Assembly: GCA_032718475.1 (NCBI GenBank)
Contig: JAUCBJ010005441.1
Span: 1-64,000, forward strand
Direction of reading: 5' to 3'
Source of the DNA: Nemertoderma westbladi
Lineage: Eukaryota; Animalia; Xenacoelomorpha
DNA length: 64,000 bases
Position 1 is the first letter of the stretch. Each line of letters starts with the position of its first letter. Below, one piece after another: positions 27,001-39,401 of this stretch. The notes beneath the pieces are model-generated. The model was not told where the DNA came from and did not search any database. It saw only the letters and a program-made list of their open reading frames with translations. The position numbers and the translations under genes are program-made.

Positions 27001-27354
27001 GACCTGGGGCGAATCGACTTGGACTGTTGACCGATTCGCCCACCTTCCAAGACCTTCGCCCCAGATGATATTATTGAATGTTTTACTAATATTCTTTTTA
27101 GGTACAATGATATTAGCACGACACTGCCCAAATCAGATAACTGAATAAAGAGGATTGTGTGTGGTTGAGTGCTGAGCCCGTGAATTGTTTAGGCTATAAT
27201 CTAGCAGACTATAGGTAATATTAAACATTAAACACTTACCGAATCTGCACAATCCCTTAAGTTTTCCAACAACGTCACTCAGCCTTTCCAAACCATCTCC
27301 ATAATAATCACCATCATACGAAACTTTGACCTTAACAGGCTCTTTAAGCCGCAT
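5939..27354 (-). CDS. NCOA6: Nuclear receptor coactivator 6 orthologue, spliced (~496 aa). Exons 27354-27240, 24912-24739, 22498-22356, 14905-14776, 8493-8304, 7115-6641, 6441-6327, 6087-5939
   Basis: All exons have AG/GT boundaries with compatible phases (1,1,0,1,2,0,1). Exon 2 encodes [37 protein letters not shown] (NCOA6 N-terminal domain). The exon 5/6 junction gives [15 protein letters not shown] (NCOA6 LxxLL motif). The 3' end is less certain: a donor at 5943 could extend the gene. Confidence 0.85.
6327..6441 (-). CDS. NCOA6: NCOA6 coding exon 7 (acidic)
   Basis: Acceptor cattag, [14 protein letters not shown]...DSIEPTI, donor gtatgc. Confidence 0.72.
6641..7115 (-). CDS. NCOA6: NCOA6 coding exon 6 (LxxLL motif plus 9-aa SPMFPNTAP repeats)
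   Basis: Acceptor ttgcag, begins SPLLVNLLQ, contains a 27-bp tandem repeat, donor gtatgt. Confidence 0.85.
7440..7686 (+). mobile_element. Penelope-like pLTR remnant with degenerate hammerhead core and inverted tail
   Basis: ctgatgag-stem-gaaacgt core at ~7582-7610; ggtgtaatattatggttt (~7478) is the inverted copy of the tail at ~7670-7687; a related tail occurs at ~28980-29025. Confidence 0.5.
7855..8078. mobile_element. MITE with ~28-bp TIRs
   Basis: cccatgtaaagaatactaggttttcact ... agtgaaaacctagtattcttcacatggg around an AT-rich interior. Confidence 0.6.
8304..8493 (-). CDS. NCOA6: NCOA6 coding exon 5
   Basis: Acceptor ttccag, open frame ending QDKDVSLL, donor gtagga (phase 2). Confidence 0.82.
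8815..10761. repeat. 22-bp minisatellite (tgaactagtgagctatccctgy), ~1.9 kb
   Basis: Directly visible tandem array with variant units; ctgcgttcgaac occurs near both ends (8834-8845, 10750-10761). Confidence 0.97.
11248..12402 (+). CDS. FEN1: Flap endonuclease 1, intronless, nested antisense in NCOA6 intron 4
   Basis: MGILGLSKL start (ATG 11248), [49 protein letters not shown]-interaction box QGRLDQFF, basic C-terminal tail. Confidence 0.97.
   Translation: MGILGLSKLLGDLAPRSVKENEIKNYFGRIVAIDASMSIYQFLIAVRSEGNVLTNEAGETTSHLMGLFYRTIRMAEQGIKPIYVFDGKPPELKSGELDKRKERRDEAEKALAEAQEKGDTEGIDKFNRRLVKVTKHHSEQCKELLRVMGVPYVDAPCEAEAQCVEIVNKGKAYAVGTEDMDSLTFGAKVLLRHLTYSEARKMPIQEYHVEKVLSELGIDRSAFIDLCILLGCDYCPSIKGIGPKRAIDLITKHKSIEEVLKQIDTAKYPVPDEWKFKEARELFLNPEVEDATEFEPKWEEPDVEKVVEFMVQRNGFNEERIRNSLKKLVKARSGSTQGRLDQFFTVLPASASTPTTVGKRKSTEPKGSAKKKPNTGRGGGRRPR
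12925..14452. repeat. 45-bp minisatellite (gggaccacggctaacytaactaggtttartaaactcgaacgagtt), ~34 copies
   Basis: Highly homogeneous tandem array; two variants partly alternate. Confidence 0.97.
14776..14905 (-). CDS. NCOA6: NCOA6 coding exon 4
   Basis: Acceptor ttgacag, [20 protein letters not shown]...HNTTL, donor gtgggt; phase 0 to 1 bridges exons 3 and 5. Confidence 0.7.
16664..17536. mobile_element. Non-autonomous TIR element (P- or hAT-like)
   Basis: ~65-bp TIRs starting caaggcg; perfect 8-bp TSD attacagc (16656-16663, 17537-17544). Confidence 0.85.
17776..18840 (+). mobile_element. 5'-truncated CR1/L2-group LINE (ORF2 C-terminus plus 3' UTR)
   Basis: [46 protein letters not shown]; ends at aataaa; candidate TSD cgggattacagcac (17762, 18841). 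Confidence 0.85.
22356..22498 (-). CDS. NCOA6: NCOA6 coding exon 3
   Basis: Acceptor cctatag, DGIVNNVV...[17 protein letters not shown], donor gtttgg; phase 1 to 0. Confidence 0.7.
23456..23692 (-). mobile_element. tRNA-derived SINE
   Basis: Minus-strand head ggcggggtagctcatttggttgagc (A box) and ggttcagccc (B-box-like); central tcagcctttcatcc...gtcgataaaatgagtacc segment of the kind conserved in metazoan SINEs; short repeat tail; TSD aaggagagag. Confidence 0.8.
24295..24530 (+). mobile_element. 3'-terminal fragment of the same RTE family
   Basis: Matches the reverse complement of ~59660-59875 (gcaggacattgctttcgccgtg, gacgcatcttaaa, ggccttgaagatgcgga). Confidence 0.75.
24739..24912 (-). CDS. 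NCOA6: NCOA6 coding exon 2 (conserved N-terminal domain)
   Basis: Acceptor cag, [11 protein letters not shown]...[15 protein letters not shown], donor gtaccg. Confidence 0.92.
25476..26400. mobile_element. Tc1/mariner-type long-TIR MITE
   Basis: TA|caccatg...catggtg|TA with ~380-bp imperfect TIRs; a related fragment lies at ~22880-23210. Confidence 0.8.
26405..26925 (-). mobile_element. Penelope-like element 3' fragment (endonuclease C-terminus plus pLTR)
   Basis: [28 protein letters not shown] resembles the end of Penelope GIY-YIG endonucleases; a hammerhead motif follows it. Confidence 0.65.
26485..26523 (-). ncRNA. Minimal type I hammerhead ribozyme motif
   Basis: Minus strand reads uac CUGAAGA ag gccuc uacuu gaggc a GAAA GC UC gua: intact core, stem II, palindromic stem III (AGCU) and short stem I. 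Confidence 0.7.
27240..27354 (-). CDS. NCOA6: NCOA6 coding exon 1
   Basis: ATG at 27354; [38 protein letters not shown]; donor G|gtaagt. Confidence 0.78.
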
Positions 27355-28349
27355 TTCACAATTGCATCCTTTTAACTATCGGGATCATCAACTGAACAAT
27401 ATATTACCAGAACAAGTAGGTCTATCTAAATATGTATTTATGGATCAATAATATTATACATTATATTAAGCGATAGTCTAAATGTTGTGATATGCTGATA
27501 TGTAAGTTCCGTACCTGTATGCACTATGCTGCTATGTGGCATGTAGGTATGAGTACCGCATCAGTGTTGTGTGTGAGTATATTCAGTGCAGATACCGCAA
27601 TGCGACGAATATAGACTATAAAGCCTATATTGTATATACAGTAGGCCTATACACTATATAGAAATATATGCAGAACTGTAGGTAGAGTGTAGAGTAGACC
27701 TATCCTATATATTACATATATATATATTACATTAGCGGCATGGAAGCTATTACTTACTGACTTAGCACTGTCTGACTGCCACAGGGTTACGGCATGCTGG
27801 CATCCACAGAGCGCACACCATCAGGGATGGATACAAATTTGTTTTGTAATAGGTACACGACAGGAGCACTCAGCAAGGGCCAGGCTGCAAATGAGGTGCA
27901 AAATCCCAACGTGTTGGACCCGGACTTTAAATAGTGCGTGATAAAAGTGCGTGGAATTTAAATACAAGTCGCGCAAATGAGAGAAAAACACAAGATAGCG
28001 CGGAAATCTGTGCAAAACATAAAAAGTGCGCAATGGAGGAAAAAACAAAAAGTGCAAAGATTATCTAACAGTCTGCAGTTATCTTAAAGGGCATATGCAG
28101 CTAGGTCTTTTTTCTACCACTGCTAAAAAAAACAATAAAAGTAAATCAAATTTGGCACTACCGGTACTGGTATTTCATTAAAATTCGGTCAGACGAATCT
28201 GTTCAAAAAAATCCAAAAAGAAAAATAAAATGAAAAAATAGTACAGTAGGCCTACGGCAATCCTACAAACTAATGCAAAAACTATACAAACAAGTGCAAA
28301 ACGTGTGTGTACAAATATAAGTACAAAAATAATGTAAGTGTAGGGGTAG

Positions 28350-31300
28350 GCCTGGTCCAAATCGTCCGGACCGAGACCGGGCCAGTCCCGGTCCACTGAA
28401 CCTAAAACCCGGTCGGTCCAATTTTTGGTCGGTCCAATTTTTGCCCGGTCCATTAAGAAAATTCCTAAAACCCGGTCCATAACAGCATAACGCAGTCCCA
28501 AAAATGAAATGACTAAAACCCGGTCTCGGTCTTAAAGTTAAAATGTCTAAAACCCGGTCCCAAAATCCCGGCCCGGTCCAATTTTTTTTATCTTTATTTT
28601 ACCGTAGGTCTACACAGTATAGTTTATAGATACAAGCAGGTAACTAAATTCGATCCTAAGCGTACTTACAGACTTATACAGTATCGTGGCTGGGAAATTA
28701 GAAATGGGATCTTCCGGCGAATTTATATCCAAGGCACACATACAGTAGATCCTAGACGAACTTTAACTGCTTAAGACAAACTTTAAGGCAAACTTAGATA
28801 CAAGGCGAACTTAGATCCTACAGTAGGTGAACTTCTGGTAAATTTAGACGTTGGCGAACTTAGATGTTGGATGAACTTAGCTTAGATCCAAAGCGAACCT
28901 AAATCCATGGTGAACTTAGACCTGCTGAAAGTCGATCTGGGAAGAAATTAGATCAACGACAAACTTAGAGGCAACTGAACTGATGAGACGCCTTTTTCCA
29001 TTTCTGAACAAAAATAATATTAAAACATTAAAATTATTCGGTAGCATAATATTTATCATAATACAGTACGATATCCATCCCTTCCTCCCAGACTGAGAAC
29101 ATAAACTAACACTTAAAATCTATTGTGTATTATCTCCTTTAGCAGCTACATCTGTATATTGCTGTTATAGTTTGGTTGTCAGTTGTTTTGTTTGTGCTAA
29201 TTCTATTCTGTATATTTTCATTCAAAATATAACATATTATAAGTAACATTAATGAAATTAGTGAAAAGACATACCGGTACTATTTTTATAGATTAGTGGT
29301 ATTATTAGAGACAATAAGATTATAAGAAACAAGAAGAATATTTGTTTATTTCGTTGAACGACTTTGTGCCAAATACTTCTAATAAACGACGTGGTTTAGG
29401 AAATTTGAGGGATCTATCACATTTGATATTATTACTTTCTGCTTTTTGAGAAAGGGGGGGGGGGGGGGGGGGGGGCTCAAGCAAAAACGACCGGGTCGAA
29501 CATTTTGCGGGTTCTGGTTCCGGGTCTGGGTCAACACTTGTGATATCAAAAATGATTAAAAAAAATCGGAAAAAATGATAAATCAAAAGAAAAAAAAATC
29601 GAAAATGTAAAAAGAAAAAAATCGAAAATGTAAGAAGATGCTACTACTACCTGACTACCTACTGCTTTAGGCAACTTTGTGTACTGGTCCCTACGTATAT
29701 ACAGATATAGGTATATATGTCAAACAGGCAGACAGGCTTGTCATTCTCATTCATGCAAATTGCTTAATTTTAATAAAACCCAGTACCCGGCGTCTTTTTT
29801 GCCGGGTCCGGGTCACCCAAACCCGGCCCGGGTTTGAACCAGCCCGGGTTTGAACCGGCCTGGGTTTGAACCCGGCTGGGTTAACCGGTCGTTTACTAGT
29901 CTCATTTAAAGGAGCAGGTTAGTACTGTAGTAAAGGAGTAGGTTACATAACCGTGGTGGGGGAACCAAACAATAAACGAATGCTAGTAACTAGGGCTCGA
30001 TCGGAGCTCCGGCCTCCGGCTACGGCTCCGGCCATTTTGGCACCTCCGGCTCCTGCTCCGGCTCCGGTAAAAATATTGCCGGAGTTAATTTTTTAATAAA
30101 GTATTATATTTCGTGCGTATTCTAATCTGAACAATTATTTAACACTATAAGTACTGTAGTACAGCTTCAATATCAAGTATAATCTGATAATACTGCAGTA
30201 TTTACTTAAAGTCAATGACTGACTGTACTGTAGTACTGGTACTGGCCAGCTGGCTGACTAGCAGACTATTACAGATAGGCCCTACTTTAAAAATTGTAAA
30301 TGATATGATTGTATACTGTCAGACTGTACCACTGCAGCCATTTACTGCTGTCATGCCAGCATACTGTACTGCAGTACTGGTACACGCTGACACGTACGGT
30401 AGGCTACCCACAGTACACACCTCTACCACAGTTAGACAGTTAGCGAGTTAGGTACTGTAGGTAATTTTTAGCCGTCAGCGTCAGGCCGTCGCCGTCAGCA
30501 TCAGGTCAGGCCGTCGCCGCCAGCGTCAGGGGTCAGGCCGTCTGTCCGTGATAAATTAATTACTTAAATTTTAAATTGAAAATTCGTAAATCTATAAATT
30601 ATGAATTTAATTAGACCTACAGTATGATTGATTATGAGCGATTGGCGAACGATAACCATACTTTATTTTTTTTTAAATAAATAATTAAATTTTTAAAATT
30701 TTTGAAAAACTCCGGCTCCTGCTCCGGCTCCGGCCAAATTGTCCAACTCTGGCTCCGGCTCCGGCTCCGGCCAAATCCCAACTCCGATCGAGCCCTACTA
30801 GTAACACATGTGTTTGTACACGTCTTTTGGTCTTTGTTTTGTAATCACCCATTCCAGCGAATTAATATCTCGCCTCAAAGTTAAATTATCAATGAAGGGT
30901 GAAGGGAATCTTTTAATGACACCGTATTCAAACTAACCCACTAACTTAATCTGTAAAGTGCTGCTTCCAGGCTTCCTGCTTCGCTGCTTGTAGCTTTGCT
31001 ATACTCTTTGTTTGTATGTATAGTAGCCCAATACCATAGTGGATTATAAACAACAGGGTCGAACATTTTGCCAGGTCCGGTTCCGTGTCTGACTCAAAAA
31101 GGCAGGGTCCGGTTCCGGGTCAACACTTGTGATATCAAAAATAATACAAATAAAAAAAATCGAAAAAAAATGATAAATCAAAAGAAAAAAAAATTAAAAA
31201 CAAAATCGAAAATGATATAAAATGTAAGAAGATGCTACTATCTGACTATATACTACCTGACTACCTACTTACTGCTTTAGGCAACTTTGTGTACTGGTAC

Positions 31301-32450
31301 CTACGTGTATAGGTATGTCAAACAGGCTTGTCATTCTCATTCACACAAATTTCTTAATTTTAATAAAACCCAGTACCCGGCGTCTTTTTTGCCGGGTCCG
31401 GGCCACCCAAACACGGCCCGGGTTTGAACCCGGCCCGGTTAACCAGTCGTTTACTAATAGTGGAGGAGTTACATTCCCATCATAGTTAGCAATGAAGCTA
31501 AAAATAGCTCAATACAGTAGGTGGTAGACAACACTTCATCTTGTGAGATGGGTTAGACCTATAATGCGGGTCATGTTCCCACGGAAGTATCTTCCAGTTT
31601 TATCACTCAATAACTAAAAACGTTCGTTGGGAAAGAAAGCTTTATAAATCAGGGGCGGGGGTCAATAAGCTGCTGTTGATATTAATAATGGAGACATTAC
31701 AAACTTATGTAAATTGCTACAATATGCTAATGCTAGCTTGATCAATAACTATAAGTAAAGGGGGCCCTACAAGTAAACTGAAGTTATCAGAGAACGTGAG
31801 CTTGAAACAAAGGCAGACAGGCACAAATAAGATGATGATTAATAAGATGATTAATGTTTGTGCCTCTATTAATATTTTCGTCACTGATTAACATTTGAGA
31901 CCCCCAATGTCTGCGCACATCAATGTTTGTTTCCCTCACTGAATATGTGCACTGCATTGCATTGCGGTGCACTGCACACACTGTTGGTTACCCCAACACG
32001 CCTCTGTAACATGTTCCTTGACTAAACTGGACCTTTAAATGCCAACGGGACCTAATGCACTTTGGGACCTGTACAAAACAAAGAGGTAAAAGTCGCATTA
32101 GGTCCCAATGAGCATTAGGTCCCATTACAGCACTACCATTTAAAGGAGCAGGTTACAGGTGTGTTTTAGGGGAACCAAAACAATAAACTAAAGTTAACAC
32201 ATGTGTTTTTTACAGATCTTTAGTCTTTGGGTCTTTGGTTTTTGTTTTGTATTCACCCTTTAGTCATTTTAACTTTAAGACCGAGACCGGGTTATAGTCA
32301 TTACATTTTTTGGACAGCGAGTTTATGGACCGGGTTTTAGGAATTATTGGGACCGGGTTTTAGGAATTTTCACGTGGACCGGGCAAAAATCGGACTGACC
32401 GGGATTTAGGTTCAGTGGACCGAGACCGGCCCGGGTTTTAGATGGTCCCC
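28350..32450. mobile_element. Old TIR element or inverted pair of a ccggtcc-rich repeat, enclosing duplicated and nested elements
   Basis: ~28360-28555 is the inverse of ~32258-32440; internal direct duplication ~29490-29900 vs ~31055-31457. Confidence 0.55.
29991..30797. mobile_element. hAT-type non-autonomous element
   Basis: TIR tagggctcgatcggag / ctccgatcgagcccta, subterminal ggctcc repeats, 8-bp TSD ctagtaac. Confidence 0.88.
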
Positions 32451-32786
32451 CTTCCTGGCACCTGGTAGGAGTTAACTACAGTTTACTCCACCACTCCACG
32501 TACAAGGTAGCAACATTAACAGATTAGGGGGGGGGGGGGGGGGGGGGGGTACACAAGTCCCTACTAAAAGCAAAAGCTATATTTTTATTTACAAAACACA
32601 ACTCCTCCATCCTCCGCCATTTTTCAACCAATTTTAAGTTTTTGTTATCAAATGATAGCTAGTCCTAGTACAGCAGTAGACCTATCAAACGACAGTGGAT
32701 AGTCTGATAATGTTCTACTCTACTGTATAGTATACGTCTGTACGTGCAACATTTAATATTTTATTGTTATTCTGGCTGTCTGGCTA

Positions 32787-35700
32787 CGGTCCTACTAATT
32801 ACCCCAACCTACCACAATCTACCCCAACCTACCACAATCTACCCCAACCTACCGCAATCTACCCCAACAATTCGATAGAGGCATCTAATTACCACAATAT
32901 TATTTTACAATGGCGTCTAATTACCACAATATACAGAACGCAAGTGTCTATTTACCACAAGACTACACTGCATCTAATTACCACAATATTATTTTACATT
33001 GGCATCTAATTACCACAATATACAGAACGCAAGTGTCTATTTACCACAAGACTACACTGCATCTAATTACCACAATATTATTTTACAATGGCGTCTAATT
33101 ACCACAATATACAGAACTCAAGTGTCTATTTACCACAAGACTAAACTGCATCTAATTACCACAATATTATTTTACAATGGCGTCTAATTACCACAATATA
33201 CAGAACTCAAGTGTCTATTTACCACAAGACTACACTACACTGCAACTAATTACCACAATATTATTTTACAATGGCAGAATGGCGTCTAATTACCACAATA
33301 TACAGAACTCAAGTGTCTATTTACCACAAGACTACACTGCATCTAATTACCACAATATTATTTTACAATGGCGTCTAATTACCACAATATACAGAACTCA
33401 AGTGTCTATTTACCACAAGACTACACTGCATCTAATTACCACAATATTATTTTACATTGGCATCTAATTACCACAATATACAGAACTCAAGTGTGTATTT
33501 ACCACAAGACTACACTGCATCTAATTACCACAATATTATTTTACATTATTGGCATCTAATTACCACAATATACAGAACGCAAGTGTCTATTTACCACAAG
33601 ACTACACTGCATCTAATTACCACAATATTATTCTACAATGGCATCTAATTACCACAATATACAGTACGGTAGTTAGTAATACTCAGTGTCTAATTACCAC
33701 AAGACTTCACTAATGTCTAATTACCACAATATATATACAATATATATACAATATATATATCGTACCTCCACAGTACGAGGAGGAGGCTCGTAGAGTTTTC
33801 GCTGGCCAGGAGATAAACATAGTATCGGGTCACCGTATCTTCTTGGTGGAACTGCATAGCGATTGGGTTACGTTCAGGCCAAAGTTGCTGCGTGGGTCGC
33901 ATCGGTTGATTGTCTCTCCGAGATGGCCGGGGCCCAACCCCAAGCCACATACGCTGCCATGGCCGGCTCCCTCCAACGGGAGTGGGCCTACCTCCAGCAC
34001 GTAACCCCAGACTGTGACGACGAGTACCAGGTGCTGGAGGACGCGCTGACTGAGCGTTTCCTTCCCGCAGTGTTTGGCGGACCAATCTCCCCAAACGAGC
34101 ATTGTCTGTTCAGCCTCCCCTCGCACTGCAGGTCTCGGACAGGGGAACCCGGTGTCCGAGGCGGCCCACTCGTTCGACATATCGCGAGCTGGAACATCGC
34201 GCAGTCGCTATTGGGAGATCGGCAGTTCTCGCTCACAGACCACCATAACTGTTTACAGGGAGCGCGGAAAGAAGGACGGGACCAACAGCTCGGAAGGGAG
34301 AAGGCCAGTTTGGAGGCTGTGCTGGACGAGTTCCCACAGGCCCGCCGTCGGAGACGGTCGAGCGCGCTGCCAACTTCCGCTCCAGTGGGTGGATTTCTTC
34401 CCTCCCGATAGCCGAACACCAACTTGATCTCTCCCCCATGGAGTTCCGGGATGCGCTGGCGATCCGGTACTGCCGAGTCGGTGCGACGGGTGCGGGGCGG
34501 GGCCACCTTCGATTTAAAGTAATTAATCATGTCCATTCTGTTGAAATTTGTACAGTATGAGGTTCACATAATTTTGACTCTTGTCGCTGAAACTCTTCCA
34601 CGAATAATGATGGATTGAAATAATTCTTCCACATATTTGCTACTGTAAATGTTGCTTATGATATAAATATCATTCTCCACCACCAATTGTCATCCTACAG
34701 TAAACTGTGCCCACATATCCCAGAGCACAACAGAACCCTTGCCCTTGGATTATATTTACAAGCCCTGCCCAGCTTACTGATCAATGCCCATTCAGAAAAT
34801 AATCGTACAAATAATCGAGACACATCAATGAATCCGTACTTCGGTTGAGCGTTTAGATTTGTCATTCCAATATATTTGTCAAACCTAAAAAATAATACTG
34901 TTGGGATTAGACACTTGCGTTCTGTATATATTGTGGTAATTAGACATTAGTGAAGTCTTGTGGTAATTAGACACTGAGTATTAATAACTACTACCGTACT
35001 GTATATTGTGGTAATTAGACACTTGCGTTCTGTATATTGTGGTAATTAGATGCAGTGTAGTCTTGTGGTAAATAGACACTTGAGTTCTGTATATTGTGGT
35101 AATTAGATGTCATTGTTAAATAATATTGTGGTAATTAGATGCAGTGTAGTCTTGTGGCTAAATAGACACTTGAGTTCTGTATATTGTGGTAATTAGATGC
35201 CATTGTAAAATAATATTGTGGTAATTAGATGCAGTGTAGTCTTGTGGTAAATAGACACTTGCGTTCTGTATATTGTGGTAATTAGACGCCATTGTAAAAT
35301 AATATTGTGGTAATTAGATGCAGTGTAGTCTTGTGGTAAATAGACACTTGCGTTCTATATATTGTGGTAATTAGATGCCAATGTAAAATAAAAAATAATA
35401 TTGTGGTAATTAGATGCCATTGTAAAATAATATTGTGGTAATTAGATGCAGTGTAGTCTTGTGGTAAATAGACACTTGAGTTCTGTATATTGTGGTAATT
35501 AGATGCCAATGTAAAATAATATTGTGGTAATTAGATGCAGTGTAGTCTTGTGGTAAATAGACACTTGAGTTCTGTATATTGTGGTAATTAGATGCCATTG
35601 TAAAATAATATTGTGGTAATTAGATGCAGTGTAGTCTTGTGGTAAATAGACACTTGCGTTCTATATATTGTGGTAATTAGATGCCAATGTAAAATAATAT

Positions 35701-36497
35701 TGTGGTAATTAGATGCAGTGTAGTCTTGTGGTAAATAGACACTTGAGTTCTGTATATTGTGGTAATTAGATGCCATTGTAAAATAATATTGTGGTAATTA
35801 GATGCAGTGTAGTCTTGTGGTAAATAGACACTTGCGTTCTATATATTGTGGTAATTAGACGCCATTGTAAAATAATATTGTGGTAATTAGATGCAGTGTA
35901 GTCTTGTGGTAAATAGACACTTGCGTTCTATATATTGTGGTAATTAGATGCCAATGTAAAATAAAAAATAATATTGTGGTAATTAGATGCCATTGTAAAA
36001 TAATATTGTGGTAATTAGATGCAGTGTAGTCTTGTGGTAAATAGACACTTGCATTCTGTATATTGTGGTAATTAGATGCCAATGTAAAATAATATTGTGG
36101 TAATTAGATGCAGTGTAGTCTTGTGGTAAATAGACACTTGAGTTCTGTATATTGTGGTAATTAGATGCCAATGTAAAATAATATTGTGGTAATTAGATGC
36201 AGTGTAGTCTTGTGGTAAATAGACACTTGAGTTCTGTATATTGTGGTAATTAGATGCCAATGTAAAATAATATTGTGGTAATTAGTTGCAGTGTAGTGTA
36301 GTCTTGTGGTAAATAGACACTTGAGTTCTGTATATTGTGGTAATTAGATACAAATGTAAAATAATATTGTGGTAATTAGATGCCTCTATCGAATTGTTGG
36401 GGTAGATTGCGGTAGATTGTGGTAGATTGGGGTAGATTGTGGTAGGTTGGGGTAGATTGTGGTAGGTTGGGGTAGGTTGGGGTAATTAGTAGGACCC
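32787..36497. mobile_element. Foldback/Mutator-like element with long, internally repetitive TIRs
   Basis: Ends ggtcctactaattacccc / ggggtaattagtaggacc, 9-bp TSD gtctggcta (32778-32786, 36498-36506). The arms are inverted arrays of an 89-bp unit (~32880-33730 and ~34905-36385). Confidence 0.88.
33765..34510 (+). pseudogene. GC-rich fragment of a CRE-like non-LTR retrotransposon ORF inside the Foldback element
   Basis: QPQATYAA..SLQREWAYLQ, RFLPAVFG..IS..E..L.SLP, and EFRDALAIRY at ~34441; frameshifted. Confidence 0.6.
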
Positions 36498-39328
36498 GTC
36501 TGGCTATATTAATAACATAACAACATAACATTAATCAGTTACAGAGTTAGGCATGATTCAGTAATTCATATCTGAATACTGGAATATTAAATTAAACTGT
36601 TAAATACATGGCAGCATGGGCAGATGGGTAGCGGGTAGGTAGCAACTTAGAACTTATGTACCGCGCCAGACTGGAATCAATACACTTTGCGCCGGATTAA
36701 TCCGGCGCGCTTTACAATAAAAGCGCGCCAATGTGGTGCGTGGCGCGCTCGAAAATCGTAAAGCGCACCAGCTTTGGCGAGTGGCACTCCCAAAAATAAA
36801 AAGCGGCGCTGATTTGTTGGTTCATCAACAATTACCAAAGTGCCTTAAAAATTGCAATTGCTGTTTAAAAATTTCGGCTCGCTTCTGCCTGTCTGCGCTT
36901 CGCTCGCCATTATTTTTTTCTGTTGTAATACAGTAATACTGTAATATGTCTGCTGTACAGGGACACGTACAGCAGTGCTGACATTGGCAGACTGGTTAGA
37001 CTCCTTCAAAATTTAAATTGCATTGGCGCGGCGCTCTTCAAAATTGTTTCAATGTTCGGCGCGCTTAAAAATTTCGTTGGCATGGGGTTTGCTTCAAAAT
37101 TGCATCAGTCAGTCAGTGCGCGGCGCGCATACAAATTGGTCGGCGCGTTGTCCGGCGCACTTTTTGGATGGATTCCATACGGGTGTACCGGTAATGTTAT
37201 AATTTTATTGTTGTGCCGGTACCGGTACCTATGACTGTATGACTTAGCCTATTTTGACCAGCCAGCCAGCTGCCAGCTAATCGTAATCGAGCATCGAGAG
37301 GGGGGTGAGCTGAGCAGTGAGCACGCCTTTCAGCCTTTGCCTTGTCCAGTTGCCTCTGTCACTGTCTGTCTGTCTGTCTGCTTCTATGTATACTGGTATA
37401 GCCTTGCTGCCTTCAGGCCTTGGCACTTACTGACATAAGCGCTTGGATATAGCCAGACAGCCAGATAGGCCTAGTGAATAAGTCAGTAGGCCCTAAGTCA
37501 TTTGGAAATATTATTTTCAATAAGGCAATATTGCTATTTCCGCTTCGCGCAGCACTTCTGTCAGTCTGGCACTGGCAGTACCAATAGTAGGCCTACCATT
37601 CATACTGCCATAGCCTAGGCTGCTACGCCTACACCATAAACGAGGTGTACATGGCTGCATGGCTGCATGTACAGATGTACATGTACAGATGTACGTAGAC
37701 TGGCAGACTGGTTAGTGCGTTAGTGGTTACGGTTACACAAAAAAATGAATATAAAGTCTGATGAAAGTACCGGTATGTTCTGACATTTTGATGTTACCAT
37801 ACAGCTGACAGCGTACACTGGCAGACTGATTAGCTAATTAGCTGTAGCCTGGTAGCGGTACTCACTGACACAGGCAGACAGGTACCTTTACCTATCGCTA
37901 TCAGCCTACCTGAATGAATACCTAGGCCTATCTGCCTATAGCTACACCTGCCAGCCTAGATACCGAAAGTGGGACAAACTGGCAGACCAGTGGAATTTTC
38001 ACTCCCCATGCAAAATCACTTCCCGGTTAAAATTCCCTAGTGTATTCTCACCCCCGGGCAGCCGGGGTGTATGGTATTTTCCCAAGTGTATTTTAACTGT
38101 TTAACCCCCTCCAGTGAAAACTCAACTCACCCCTGGGGCATTTATCAATTTTCACTCTGCAGCTCTGTACAAATATATGCCCGGTTAAATTTCCCGAGCA
38201 GCCGAGTGTATTCTCACTCACTCCCGGTGTATTTTTGTTGTATCTTTTACAGTAGGCCTATTTTTCTACACCATGTCCTGGAATATAGTATCGTTATTCA
38301 GATACAATATAATAAGATATAATAGATATAATAATAATACCAATAATAATCGTATCGTAAATCTATTATTTGTCCACATAATAAGACAGCGGGATTTCAT
38401 TCACATAAATATTGTAAATTTATAAAATATACATACATTACATACAAATACAACATTACATATTTACCGTTACCGGTAGAGTAGAGCACAATAATTCATT
38501 CACTTCGCTGAAACTGAAAGTAAAATAACTTGCAATCTAAATGTTTGTTAACCCAATAGGCAAACCGGTCCATGAAAACAACATCTGAATATCGTCTGAA
38601 TGATGAATTACTTTCAGTTTCAAGGATGCTCAAACATACAGTAGCTGTATGTGTAAGCCTATACGTGTATACCGGTATACAAAGACAAACCAGCCAGCAG
38701 CTATCCACCGAATACCAACAGTAATACAATATAATAATATTGAATGTCATTGATGGGAGAAGTGGCCTTCCAATCAGAGCCCTTGAATTAGTTGCTTCAT
38801 GGCAAATATAAATCTATTAGAAATTACTAATACCGTAATTTCAAATGCTGGCGGGCCATTTAATTCTTAAGAAACAAGACTGTATGTTGTTAGTATAATG
38901 TCAGATTAAGTGTACACCACCTACTGGCTACTATAGAAGAAACATTACACATTATGTTTCACCCAAAATTTCACCTTTTTGTTTTTTATTGTGTTAAAAT
39001 TAACGCAAATAGCAATCTTGTGTTTATTGGATTTCAAAAATTTATTTTATTTAAAGTATAAAATCAAGTGAAAGGAGCGCTGTTTTATAACAGAAACAAT
39101 AAATTAACATTATTTCATGTGCGACCAATTGCTCTGAAGATCGGTGGCGGGTTCATGGTTGGTATACACTAGCGTTTCATTGTAGTGAGTGGTTTAAGAC
39201 AGCAAAGTACTTTAGTAGGATTGAGCACAGCGGCAGTAGATGATGGTAGCGACTGATGGGCGGCCATGAAGACGTAAATTGCGGACATACAAGGTATCAG
39301 GTATATTTCCAGGTTTAGCTTTTTCCTG

Positions 39329-39401
39329 ACCCTCTAGCGGAATAGTTAAAGCGTCAGACTTCCAACTCGGAGGTCACCAGTTCGATTCCACCTGGACGTC
39401 A
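39329..39401 (+). other. tRNA-like pseudogene or SINE head
   Basis: tagcggaatagttaaagc (A-box-like) and gttcgattcc (B box); stems are imperfect. Confidence 0.35.

Noticed and set aside
32764-36260. Many MASNYHNIQ... ORFs
   Set aside because: Artefacts of the 89-bp unit in the Foldback arms; the unit length is not a multiple of three.
36660-37180. CpG-island promoter or gene
   Set aside because: gcgcc-rich with degenerate inverted ends, so more likely an old TIR element; no TSD or ORF support.
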